Below, one piece after another: positions 1-8,577 of a DNA stretch of 64,000 nucleotides (position 1 is its first letter; each line of letters starts with the position of its first letter). The position numbers and the translations under genes were made by a program. The DNA lies in NCBI GenBank assembly GCA_049512935.1, contig JBEKWR010000004.1:32001-96000 (forward strand). The letters run 5' to 3'. The notes beneath the pieces are model-generated. The model did no database searches and was not told where the DNA came from. It worked only from the letters and a program-made list of their open reading frames with translations. Source of the stretch: Candidatus Bathyarchaeia archaeon (GTDB lineage: Archaea > Thermoproteota > Bathyarchaeia > Bathyarchaeales > Bathycorpusculaceae).

Positions 1-1972
1 GGGCTACAGCTTGATAGCTATTCTCTGCGCCCTGAGCAAACGCCACTATCTGCAAGTTGCCGCCGACGATGTTGTTGAATGTTGCTGTTCCGTCTCCCGG
101 AGTCTTAGCTGAGAGGCGCTCCGTGGATGGTCCGTTCACTGTGACGTTAACGTTTGAAATTGGCGAACCGAAATAGTCTACAACTTTCACTGTCACTTGG
201 ATTCCGTAGAGAGTGCAGCGTATGTTGTATTGGCTGCTGCTGAAGGCTTGGATGGTAGTCTGGTTGAGCAGAATGCTGTTTTGGTATATTTGAAGCCTGT
301 ACATTCCGAAGGTGACTGGCGCGGTTGCTGAGCCTGAGCTGTCTGTTGTGGCGGTGTAGAATAAGCCGTTTGTTATTTCGACAAGTTGTATGTTTGCGCC
401 AGAGATTGGAGTGTTGGTGTAACCAACCACGTTGATTGTTACCGGTTCAGTTGGGCATATTATCGTTTCATGGCTGACGGCTTGCGATGGAAGGCTGCTG
501 ATGGTTTCATTGCCGGAGTTGAACACTTGATTGTATAATGAAGCCTCGATAGTGTAGCTTGCGTCAACTATCATGGAGTCCGCCGTGAAAGTTCCCGAAG
601 GACCCGTTTCGCCTGACATGTTTCCTTTTTGAGACGACCCGTAGGTGTAAGTAATAAGTAAATTCACGAATGGCAGCGCGGTTCCATTTTCATTCTGCAC
701 CAAAACTACAAGGTCAGTTAACTGGCATGAAAGGGTAAAGCTGCCTGCTCCTGTGACCACTATATTGCCTTGGCCTACGGTAAAGCCGTTCATTGTGGCG
801 GTCAGATTGTAGGGACCTGCTTCAAGATTAAAGCTTGCTACTCCGTTATATCCGCTTGTTGCACTGTAAGATGTGCCGGCTAATGTGTCTTGGACTTTGA
901 CAGCTATGTTGGGAACAGTTTCGCCGGCTAGATTTACAGTTGTGATACTAACAGGGTACCCTGAAACTGAAAAGCTTTGCTCGTCTATCACTGCTTTCGG
1001 GGTGCCGCTCGTGGTGGTTATCGTTACGTTATAGCTTCCGATCGCGGCGTCAGAAGGAACGGTAAATGTTGTGGTGAGTGTGCCGTTATCCGAGGCGATC
1101 CATGGTGATGGTTGTGGTGTGGAAAGAATATTTGCGCCTGAGGAACTGGTGACTGCTAACGTTGCAGTCTGACCCGAAGCGTAGCCTATCGCGTTAACCG
1201 TTGCTGTTTGGCCTCTGTGATAGGCTGTTGAGTCAAGGAAGCCCACGGCAAACGTGGCTGACCCTAAACCATCGGTTTGGTTGAAGTACGCCGTGTATGT
1301 ACCTGCGTATTCGGTAGGGTTGGATACGCCTGCCCCGCTCGGCGTAAAGCTTCCTGGGAAAGTGACCTGCGAACTTGCAGTTCCCAGACTATTAGCGGTT
1401 CCCAACGGCACTAGTTCTGAGTAGCTTTCGTCAAGTGCGCTTGGAAGTGCGACGGTGACGTTGGCGACGTAAGATGTGCCAGAAGTGCCGCCTGTGACTG
1501 AGGCAGTAAGCGCTACATTGTTACCTTCCTGCACATATGCGGGAACAGGAGTTATTGTGTAGCCGGTTAGGATTGTGAACGTTTCAGGGGTTGAACCTGT
1601 GGAGTTCAGGTTGTTTGCTTTTATGTCTTCAAGAATCAAGTTGTAGCCGCCGTAGGGTAGCTGTGGCACGGTGAAGTTGGAGTTAACGTAGTACCCGACA
1701 GAAGTGCCGCTTGAAACGATGTCGTTGCCGACAATTATGTTGAAGGTGCCGTTGCTGGTGTAGATGGTTCCTTGAAGGTTCATGGATGTTCCAGGCGTCC
1801 CGTTGTATTGACCCATGTTAGCCACGTAAATGTTCGCCTGACTTGCAGGAACGACTTGAAGAATGCTTACGCCTATGCTGGTGTTTTGCCCGAGCACCGC
1901 GACTAATGGCGTAAGAATAATACTTAATGACAATAATGCCAAAAGGGTAACTGTAACAATCTTTTTACTCAA
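1..1972 (-). CDS. Large secreted/surface (S-layer-like) protein with beta-rich Ig/carboxypeptidase-regulatory-like repeats; runs off window edge
   Basis: Absent from ORF track; manual translation from TTG at 1972: LSKKIVTVTLLALLSLSIILTPLVAVLGQNTS... (signal peptide), Ser/Thr/Gly-rich, many N-x-S/T sequons, VKVVDYFGSPISNVNVTV-type repeats, open to position 1. Confidence 0.8.
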   Translation of the reverse strand, partial: MSKKIVTVTLLALLSLSIILTPLVAVLGQNTSIGVSILQVVPASQANIYVANMGQYNGTPGTSMNLQGTIYTSNGTFNIIVGNDIVSSGTSVGYYVNSNFTVPQLPYGGYNLILEDIKANNLNSTGSTPETFTILTGYTITPVPAYVQEGNNVALTASVTGGTSGTSYVANVTVALPSALDESYSELVPLGTANSLGTASSQVTFPGSFTPSGAGVSNPTEYAGTYTAYFNQTDGLGSATFAVGFLDSTAYHRGQTATVNAIGYASGQTATLAVTSSSGANILSTPQPSPWIASDNGTLTTTFTVPSDAAIGSYNVTITTTSGTPKAVIDEQSFSVSGYPVSITTVNLAGETVPNIAVKVQDTLAGTSYSATSGYNGVASFNLEAGPYNLTATMNGFTVGQGNIVVTGAGSFTLSCQLTDLVVLVQNENGTALPFVNLLITYTYGSSQKGNMSGETGPSGTFTADSMIVDASYTIEASLYNQVFNSGNETISSLPSQAVSHETIICPTEPVTINVVGYTNTPISGANIQLVEITNGLFYTATTDSSGSATAPVTFGMYRLQIYQNSILLNQTTIQAFSSSQYNIRCTLYGIQVTVKVVDYFGSPISNVNVTVNGPSTERLSAKTPGDGTATFNNIVGGNLQIVAFAQGAENSYQAVA

Positions 1973-2182
1973 ACCACTCTGCCATCCTGAAAGGTAGATA
2001 CTCACATCTGTAGTTAACTCATTGAATAATTAAGAGATGATTTTAAACTTTGCCATTATTCTATCCAATAGTTGCCCGAATTCAACCTAACAAGTTTACC
2101 AACATGGATTTTATGATAAGAAATCGGTTTTTGCCAACGGGGTTTTTAATAGAGTGAAGCTTCTAAATTTACACAGATTTCG

Positions 2183-3154
2183 GTGGAAGAGTTGGAAAAA
2201 AACGCTGCCTCAGCGCTTTTAGGTGCTTTGAAGAAGCAAAAGTACCATTTGGTGGGTAGTCACTCGGCTGTTAAAAGGTGCAAGTGGCTCTACGAGTCCA
2301 TAGTCAACGATAGACCCTGTTATAAACAGAAGTTTTACGGGGTAAAATCGCACAGGTGCATCCAGATGACGCCGAGCCTGTACTACTGTACTCAGCAGTG
2401 CCTGTTCTGTTGGAGAGCACAGAGCGGCGACTTGCAGGTAACTTGGGACGAAATGAAAATTCCGAAAATGGACTCGCCGGAGTCGATTGTGGAGGGATGC
2501 TTCAAAGCTCAGGAAAAGATTTTAACTGGGTACAAGGGTAACTCGAAAGCTAACTGGCGCAAGTTCCAGGAAGCGTTGACGCCTAAACAGGTTGCCATCA
2601 GCCTAACTGGGGAACCGACGCTTTACGAGCCCCTAGGAGAGCTCATTCGAACTTTCCACCGCAAGGGCTTAACAACGTTTCTTGTTTCCAACGGCACCCT
2701 GCCAGCTAAGCTTTCAAAACTCAGCCAGGAACCCACGCAACTCTACATTTCGGTGTGCGCGCCAAACGACCACGTTTACAAGAAGGTTTGTCGACCAGAG
2801 TTTGGAGGCGCGTGGGCAAAATTGAACGAGACGCTGAGTTTGTTGCCGAGCTTCCGCTGCCCAACCGTTGTTCGAACGACGCTGGTGAAGGATCTTAACA
2901 TGAACCGCGTGGACGAGTACGCTAAGCTTGTTGAGAAAGCCAGTCCGACGTACGTTGAGGCAAAGGCGTACATGCACATCGGCTTCTCCGGCTTGCGCTT
3001 GGGGTTTGAACGCATGCCGATGCACGTTGAGGTTAAAGATTTCGCTCAGCAACTGGCGGAGAAGACAGGTTACATGGTCATCGACGAAGCGCCTGAAAGC
3101 AGGGTCGTGTTGCTGAGCAAGCTCAAAAAGCCCATTCAGGTCGGCGTCGGCTGA
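2183..3154 (+). CDS. taw1: 4-demethylwyosine synthase (radical SAM, TYW1/Taw1)
   Basis: HSAVKRCKW, CYKQKFYG, SHRCIQMTP, CTQQCLFCWR, AISLTGEPTLY. Confidence 0.95.
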   Translation: MEELEKNAASALLGALKKQKYHLVGSHSAVKRCKWLYESIVNDRPCYKQKFYGVKSHRCIQMTPSLYYCTQQCLFCWRAQSGDLQVTWDEMKIPKMDSPESIVEGCFKAQEKILTGYKGNSKANWRKFQEALTPKQVAISLTGEPTLYEPLGELIRTFHRKGLTTFLVSNGTLPAKLSKLSQEPTQLYISVCAPNDHVYKKVCRPEFGGAWAKLNETLSLLPSFRCPTVVRTTLVKDLNMNRVDEYAKLVEKASPTYVEAKAYMHIGFSGLRLGFERMPMHVEVKDFAQQLAEKTGYMVIDEAPESRVVLLSKLKKPIQVGVG

Positions 3155-3298
3155 ACCGCGTCGGAATTTTGTTTTTGGCTTGTTGTTGAAGATGATGATG
3201 AAGATGATGACACAATTGTTTTCCACGCAAACCGAAAGAGGCAGCCTCGTTGACCTGCCGTGTTGTTGATGAAGGACATTTTCCTTCTTGAAAAAAAC

Positions 3299-3390
3299 CA
3301 TAAACACCCACGGTCCTTACCCCAGTCTAATCGTATGTGTGACACACGAGTCAGAAACGGACCTGAACAGAAAGGCCCGTGGGACCTGCC
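3299..3390 (-). ncRNA. Candidate structured small RNA (long irregular hairpin)
   Basis: Nested stems cccacgggcctt/aaggaccgtggg, tctga/ttaga, tcgtgtgt/acatacga with G-U pairs on the minus strand; followed by a T7 tract; TATA-like sequence upstream. Confidence 0.4.
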
Positions 3391-3490
3391 GTCTTAAACA
3401 AAAGGTTTATTGATAAGATTGGAAACTAAGCATATGCGTTTATCAAAACGGTCCGTTTAACTTATTCAAAAATGCAAAAGGTAAAATGTT

Positions 3491-4072
3491 ATGAGTCTAA
3501 AATCTCCTGAACAAAAAAGTGGTCATTTAGTTGTGCCTGGAGAACGCTTAGGCGTCATTGAAGAGTTCATTCCAGACTCTGGAACGTACGTTAAAGACGG
3601 CGTCATCTTCTCAAAAATCGTGGGTCGCTCACTTGTTGACCTGCAGAACAGGCGCGTTTCCGTTTACCCCGCAGTTGAAGGTGCCGTCGTGCCGAAGCTA
3701 TCCAGCACGGTTGTGGGGCAGATCGGTAACGCTCAATCTGACAACGTTTTGGTGCGGATCTTTAAGGTGGGTAACAAGCGGCTTTCAGGCGAGTTCGGCG
3801 GCATTCTGCATATTTCAGACGTTTCCGACAGGTACGTTACCTCGATGAGTGACGTGTGCAAGCCAGGCGACATCGTGAGGGCTAAGGTTATCAGCGAGAA
3901 AAACCGCATTTTCCACCTGTCTACGAACGATAAGAACTTAGGCATTGTGGATGCTTTCTGCTCCCGATGCGGTAGCCTTCTTGAGCCTGAACGGTATGAG
4001 TTGCGTTGCCCTAAGTGCGGTAACATCGAGAAGCGTAAGTTGGCGCCTGACTACGGAAAGGAAGAGGTTTAG
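3491..4072 (+). CDS. csl4: Exosome complex RNA-binding subunit Csl4
   Basis: VVPGERLG N-terminus, S1 domain, C-terminal Zn ribbon CSRCG...CPKCGNIEKRKLA. Confidence 0.93.
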   Translation: MSLKSPEQKSGHLVVPGERLGVIEEFIPDSGTYVKDGVIFSKIVGRSLVDLQNRRVSVYPAVEGAVVPKLSSTVVGQIGNAQSDNVLVRIFKVGNKRLSGEFGGILHISDVSDRYVTSMSDVCKPGDIVRAKVISEKNRIFHLSTNDKNLGIVDAFCSRCGSLLEPERYELRCPKCGNIEKRKLAPDYGKEEV

Positions 4073-4076
4073 CGAA

Positions 4077-4367
4077 ATGGGTAGCTTGAAGATTAACGTT
4101 TTGAAAAAGTCAGGGAACGAGCTTAAGATCGAGATCGTTGGCAGCAGTCATGGGCTCTGCAATTTGTTGGCGAAGCGGTTGCTGGAAGATAAGACTGTGG
4201 AGTTCGCGGGTTACGATGTGCCGCATCCTTTAGCGTCGAGTCCTAACATTTACATCAGGATGAAGGGGCGCGCTAAGCCTGAAGACGCTTTGGTCCGGGC
4301 TGTTGAGAAGGTTCGGGAAGCAAACGACGCTTTCAGCAAAGAGTTAGACTGCGTCTTAAAAGCGTAG
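4077..4367 (+). CDS. rpoL: RNA polymerase subunit L (Rpo11)
   Basis: HGLCNLL...VEFAGYDVPHPL; follows csl4; ATG at 4077 preferred over the longer ORF. Confidence 0.92.
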   Translation: MGSLKINVLKKSGNELKIEIVGSSHGLCNLLAKRLLEDKTVEFAGYDVPHPLASSPNIYIRMKGRAKPEDALVRAVEKVREANDAFSKELDCVLKA

Positions 4368-4376
4368 TCCGTTTCA

Positions 4377-4400
4377 GTTTTTTCTTTTTTTTGCTTCTTG
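4377..4400 (+). terminator. Oligo-T archaeal terminator after rpoL
   Basis: T tracts immediately after the stop codon. Confidence 0.55.
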
Positions 4401-4487
4401 TTTGCAAGTAAGGGTAGGGGGTCCTTTTTTGGGATTGGTTGTTTTGGGTTGTTTTTTTGGTTTAGGGCTTGGGTTTGTGTCAGGTTA

Positions 4488-4590
4488 GGGTGCGGGAAGG
4501 TCTAAAAAGGTTGGGAAAGGTGCAGAAAGATACGGAAAGATACGAAAGGATTGGGGAAGATGGGAAAAGGTTGGGGCTTAGAGGTGCGGA
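4488..4590. repeat. Purine-rich imperfect ~10-11 nt tandem repeats
   Basis: gaaaggtgca/gaaagatacg/gaaagatacg/aaaggattgg/gaagatggga/aaaggttggg. Confidence 0.5.
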
Positions 4591-4688
4591 AGCGTCTTTG
4601 CGGTCCACGCGCAGCTCATCTGTCAAGACTAAATTTGACCTTCAGTTTTAAAAGCCGAAACGTGCCTACTATTCTTCAGTGAAGCGTT

Positions 4689-5267
4689 TTGGAGCCCAAA
4701 GAGTTTCGAGTCATAAAGCCTGAAATCCGCATCCTCGGCGTCGACGACGGCAAATTTGTCCCTCACACGCCGGGTTCCGTGATCGTTGTGGGCGTCGTTT
4801 TCCGAGGGGGCTGCCAAATCGACGGCGTCATGCACACCCACGTTGAAGTCGACGGCTTCGACGCGACCGACAAGCTTGCCTCGATGGTTAACGGTTCGCC
4901 TCACTGTAAGCAGCTGCGCCTGATAATGTTGGACGGCATCACGCTTGCCGGCTTCAACGTCGTCGACATCAAAAGGCTCAACTTGGCAACCGAGCTTCCC
5001 GTCATCGCCCTTACCCATGACAAGCCTGACTTGGAAGCCGTCCATGAGGCGCTAAGTAACCTGCCCCTAAGCGAGGAACGTTGGAGAATAATTCTTGACG
5101 CAGGAAAAATCCATGAGGTAACCTGCAGGGGCAAGAGGCTCTACATGGAAGTCGCGGGCATCTCCGAGTCTGACGCCGAAGAAGTCATCTTGTCCACCGC
5201 CACAAACGGCAGTTTCCCCGAGCCCCTCCGAGTGGCGCACCTTATCGCTTCTGGGGTTACTCTCTGA
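4689..5267 (+). CDS. DUF99/UPF0215 family protein (endonuclease V-like fold)
   Basis: IRILGVDDG, VDGFDATD, LDGITLAGFNVVD, PEPLRVAHLIA. Confidence 0.9.
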   Translation: MEPKEFRVIKPEIRILGVDDGKFVPHTPGSVIVVGVVFRGGCQIDGVMHTHVEVDGFDATDKLASMVNGSPHCKQLRLIMLDGITLAGFNVVDIKRLNLATELPVIALTHDKPDLEAVHEALSNLPLSEERWRIILDAGKIHEVTCRGKRLYMEVAGISESDAEEVILSTATNGSFPEPLRVAHLIASGVTL

Positions 5268-5281
5268 TTTCGCGTGACTTA

Positions 5282-5296
5282 GAAAAGGTTTAAAAG
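5282..5296 (+). promoter_or_regulatory. BRE/TATA-like promoter of TFS
   Basis: gaaaaggtttaaaag; near-identical motif upstream of cdhA. Confidence 0.5.
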
Positions 5297-5347
5297 GTAC
5301 ATTGCTAAGGGAATCAAAAACGGATAGAAATATTGGAGTGGGGAAAC

Positions 5348-5698
5348 ATGGAGTTCTGCCCTAAATGCGGTTCCCGTCTTGAGCCAAAGAAATCAAAGAG
5401 CGGCAAAGAGGCTTCTCTGATTCTCGCGTGCATCAAGTGCGGCTACAAGAAGCCTGAGGCTGGCGAGAAAGTCGAGGTGGCTCCGAAGGTGATTCAGCAC
5501 AACCCCCAGCAGTTTGTCGCCGTCATCGGGAAGGAAGAGCAGAAGTTAAGCACGTTGCCCACCGTGCGGATTGAATGTCCCAGATGCGGGAACAACACGG
5601 CATACGTCTGGCAAGTACAGACCCGCGGAGCAGACGAGTCTTCAACCCAGTTTCTACGCTGTACCAAATGCAACTACACGTTCAGAGAATACAGCTAA
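5348..5698 (+). CDS. tfs: Transcription factor S (TFS/RpoM)
   Basis: MEFCPKCG and C-terminal ribbon QTRGADESSTQFLRCTKC with acidic DE pair. Confidence 0.93.
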   Translation: MEFCPKCGSRLEPKKSKSGKEASLILACIKCGYKKPEAGEKVEVAPKVIQHNPQQFVAVIGKEEQKLSTLPTVRIECPRCGNNTAYVWQVQTRGADESSTQFLRCTKCNYTFREYS

Positions 5699-5921
5699 AG
5701 AATGTTCTTCATAGTTTTCTAATTGCTATTCTTTTGAAAGCATAAGAGTCACGCTTGTAAAGCCTGAAAAAACCTTTTGGCGCTGGTCAACAAGGAGAGC
5801 AGACTTATTTTACGCTGCCAAGCGCTTGTATTAGAACAATTTATTTACTACCTCAAAGCTTATTGGGAAGCTATATAACTTCACAGTTGATATGCATTAA
5901 GCGAGGAAGAGGAGCTATAAC

Positions 5922-6677
5922 ATGTTTAAGCTTAAAGTGTCCGACGCTAAACTCTTAAGAGACATGGCTACAGCCATCTCAATCCTAGTTGACGAAGCCA
6001 CCTTCAAAATCGACCCTGAAGGGATGAAACTTCGAGCCATGGACCCATCTCGGGTTGCTATGATCGATTTTGAATGGCCAAAATCCCTTTTTCAAGAGTA
6101 CGTCTCAACTGACCCTTCGAAAATCTGCATTAACATCAGCGAGCTGCTTAAACTTCTCAAACGCGCGGGAAAAGACGAGGCAGTTGAGCTGTCCCTTGAC
6201 GACAAAACTGGCAGACTGCTAGTAACGATAACAGGCAAGTACAGCAGAAACTTCACGATGCCAACCTTGGAAGCCTCCGAAGAGGAAGTGCCCACTCCAA
6301 AAATAACCTTCAACGTCAAAGCCAAAACCACAACCCAAGGCTTAAGCCAAGCAATCGAAGACGCGCAGCTGGTAAGCGACCACGTGCGCATTGAAGCGGA
6401 ACCCGAGAAGCTGACTCTCAGCGCTTCAGGCGACCTGATGGGTGCAACCATAACTCTGCAGAAAGGCAGCGACGCACTGCTTGACTTGGAAGTTAAGGAG
6501 AACGCCAAGGCAACTTTCAGCTTAAGCTACCTGTCTGAAATCATCAAAGCCGCATCAGCCACCTCCGAAATTGCAACGCTTGAATTCTCCACGGACATGC
6601 CTGTGAAAATCGATTTTCAGCAGGCGAAAGAGGGAAAACTGACCTTCTTCTTGGCGCCAAGAATCGAAACTGAATAG
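5922..6677 (+). CDS. pcn: Sliding clamp PCNA
   Basis: RAMDPSRVAMID, FFLAPRIE. Confidence 0.97.
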   Translation: MFKLKVSDAKLLRDMATAISILVDEATFKIDPEGMKLRAMDPSRVAMIDFEWPKSLFQEYVSTDPSKICINISELLKLLKRAGKDEAVELSLDDKTGRLLVTITGKYSRNFTMPTLEASEEEVPTPKITFNVKAKTTTQGLSQAIEDAQLVSDHVRIEAEPEKLTLSASGDLMGATITLQKGSDALLDLEVKENAKATFSLSYLSEIIKAASATSEIATLEFSTDMPVKIDFQQAKEGKLTFFLAPRIETE

Positions 6678-7735
6678 TGGCTAACTTGCAAGTTGAATCG
6701 GCAAGGTTCACCGACACAGATTTAGCCAAATACCCTTTTCTCAGGGAAACTGGTGAACGAATAAAGCTGCTGGATTTAACGCTTGATACAATAGTGAGCC
6801 CTGAGAATTCTCGGATTTTAGAGCGGGCTGAAGACAGAGTAAAGAACGCGCTTCTGAACGTGACTGTTGGCAAGAAAACTAAAGATAACATAGAAATCCC
6901 TTCATTCCCAGTCGCGATCGTTCTGGTAATAGCGACAGAGAACTCGTTTATCAAAAAGAGGTATGCGCTGGCAGAGGCAAAGCAGGCGGCTTCAGATTTA
7001 TTGAATGAGCCTGAAGAAAAAATCGTGAAGATAGCGCAGGATTTTGGCTGGAAGATAGCTTTAACTCCAAAGGAAAACTTGGGTGTTGATTCGCCTTTTG
7101 AGTTTAGCGTTAGCTTCACTGATTACTTAAGAAACTCGGCGCATCTGCATGATAAAAAGTGGAAGCTGACGAACAGCATCCTCGCCCACGGGAGTGTTTA
7201 CCTAAACAAAAAAGACGTCGCGAGGCTGCTGCTGGAGGAGGTTCGCAGACGGGTAGAAAAAAGATTAGACGTTAAGCTTCAGAAGTGCCCGTCTGAGTTG
7301 GGCGTCGTAGCCGAAGGGTTGAAGAAACTTGCCTCTGAAGTGGTCGGGGAGATAGAAACCGAGGAGTTCCCGAAAACCGTCGTTCAAGGCGCTTATCCAC
7401 CCTGTATACAATCCCTTCTTGAAACAGCCAAGTCGAATCATCACCTGTCCCACATCGAACGGTTCACCCTTACCTCGTTTCTGGTTAACATCGGTATGTC
7501 CTCGGAAAACGTGAACGAATTATTCAAAACCTTCTCAGACTACAACGAACGGTTGACTCGTTACCAAATCGAGCATATCGCAGGCGAAAGAGGTTCTGCG
7601 ACACGTTACACTCCGCCTCAATGCTCCCTGTTGCAGACGCATAGTGTATGTAAGAACAGGGACGATTTGTGCCGCCGAGTTTATCACCCGCTTGCCTACT
7701 ATAAGCGCAAGCAAAGGCTTTCTTCATCGGCGTAA
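6677..7735 (+). CDS. priL: DNA primase large subunit
   Basis: AKYPFL, YPPCI, HLSHIERF, RYQIEHIAG, Fe-S Cys ligands, HPLAYY. Confidence 0.93.
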   Translation: MANLQVESARFTDTDLAKYPFLRETGERIKLLDLTLDTIVSPENSRILERAEDRVKNALLNVTVGKKTKDNIEIPSFPVAIVLVIATENSFIKKRYALAEAKQAASDLLNEPEEKIVKIAQDFGWKIALTPKENLGVDSPFEFSVSFTDYLRNSAHLHDKKWKLTNSILAHGSVYLNKKDVARLLLEEVRRRVEKRLDVKLQKCPSELGVVAEGLKKLASEVVGEIETEEFPKTVVQGAYPPCIQSLLETAKSNHHLSHIERFTLTSFLVNIGMSSENVNELFKTFSDYNERLTRYQIEHIAGERGSATRYTPPQCSLLQTHSVCKNRDDLCRRVYHPLAYYKRKQRLSSSA

Positions 7736-7788
7736 TTACTTAAGATTTATATGCGCATCTTAGATAGTAAAACAACCGTTAGAGTCGT

Positions 7789-8532
7789 ATGAACTATCAA
7801 TTAATTGGAAATACCGTTCTCGGATCAGAAGTTGGGGTAATCCTACCCACTTATGGTGAAGCCGAAAACATCTCCAAATTAATCGATGACATTGAGAGCC
7901 TAAACTTAAACAGCACAATCCTTGTCATCGACGATTCGAGCCCGGACAAAACAGCAGAACTTGTACAGAAGAAACAAGGTAAGTACGGCAACATCCTTCT
8001 CTGTATCAGACCTGAAAAAAGCGGTTTGGGAACCGCAATAACTGACGGCTTCAAGTTTTTCTTAAACTCAACTTTACCCCCAAAATACATTATCACCATG
8101 GACGCCGACTACTCACATAACCCGAAAGCCATCCCGCAACTCTTGTCAACAATGCACAAGACAAAATGTGGAATAGTAGTCGGCAGCAGGTACATCAAAG
8201 GCGGCAACATAATGAATTGGCCTTTCACCAGAAAAACGATCAGCCGGGTTGCTAACTCTTTCGCCAAGTTTTCCCTCGGGCTAAAACCTCAAGACTGCAC
8301 CAGCGGCTTCCGCTGCTACTCCACACAATTCCTGAGAGCAGCCATCGGCAACCTTCACAGTCACACCTACGAGATACAGATAGAAACCATAAGGCAAGCT
8401 CATTTGAGGAACTTTAACGTGAGGGAAACCCCGATTCTGTTCGTTAACCGAAAAAGAGGAAAATCAAAGTTAAGTTTGACCGAGATTCAAAGCTTTATAA
8501 CTTACACGTTAAAGGCAATTTCGCAGTCTTGA
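7789..8532 (+). CDS. GT2 polyprenol-phosphate mannosyltransferase (DPM1-like)
   Basis: ILPTYGEAENI, IDDSSPDKT, MDADYSHNP, VVGSRY, DCTSGFR. Confidence 0.9.
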   Translation: MNYQLIGNTVLGSEVGVILPTYGEAENISKLIDDIESLNLNSTILVIDDSSPDKTAELVQKKQGKYGNILLCIRPEKSGLGTAITDGFKFFLNSTLPPKYIITMDADYSHNPKAIPQLLSTMHKTKCGIVVGSRYIKGGNIMNWPFTRKTISRVANSFAKFSLGLKPQDCTSGFRCYSTQFLRAAIGNLHSHTYEIQIETIRQAHLRNFNVRETPILFVNRKRGKSKLSLTEIQSFITYTLKAISQS

Positions 8533-8577
8533 CCTTCTTACAAACCTTGTTTTGCATTAACATATAATAGTACCTGT

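Noticed and set aside
3123-3345. His-rich or Ser-rich short ORFs
   Set aside because: Products of the gat/tca microsatellite; no family signal
3360-3390. RNase P RNA 3'-like word gaacagaa
   Set aside because: No matching 5' P4 motif and the region is too short
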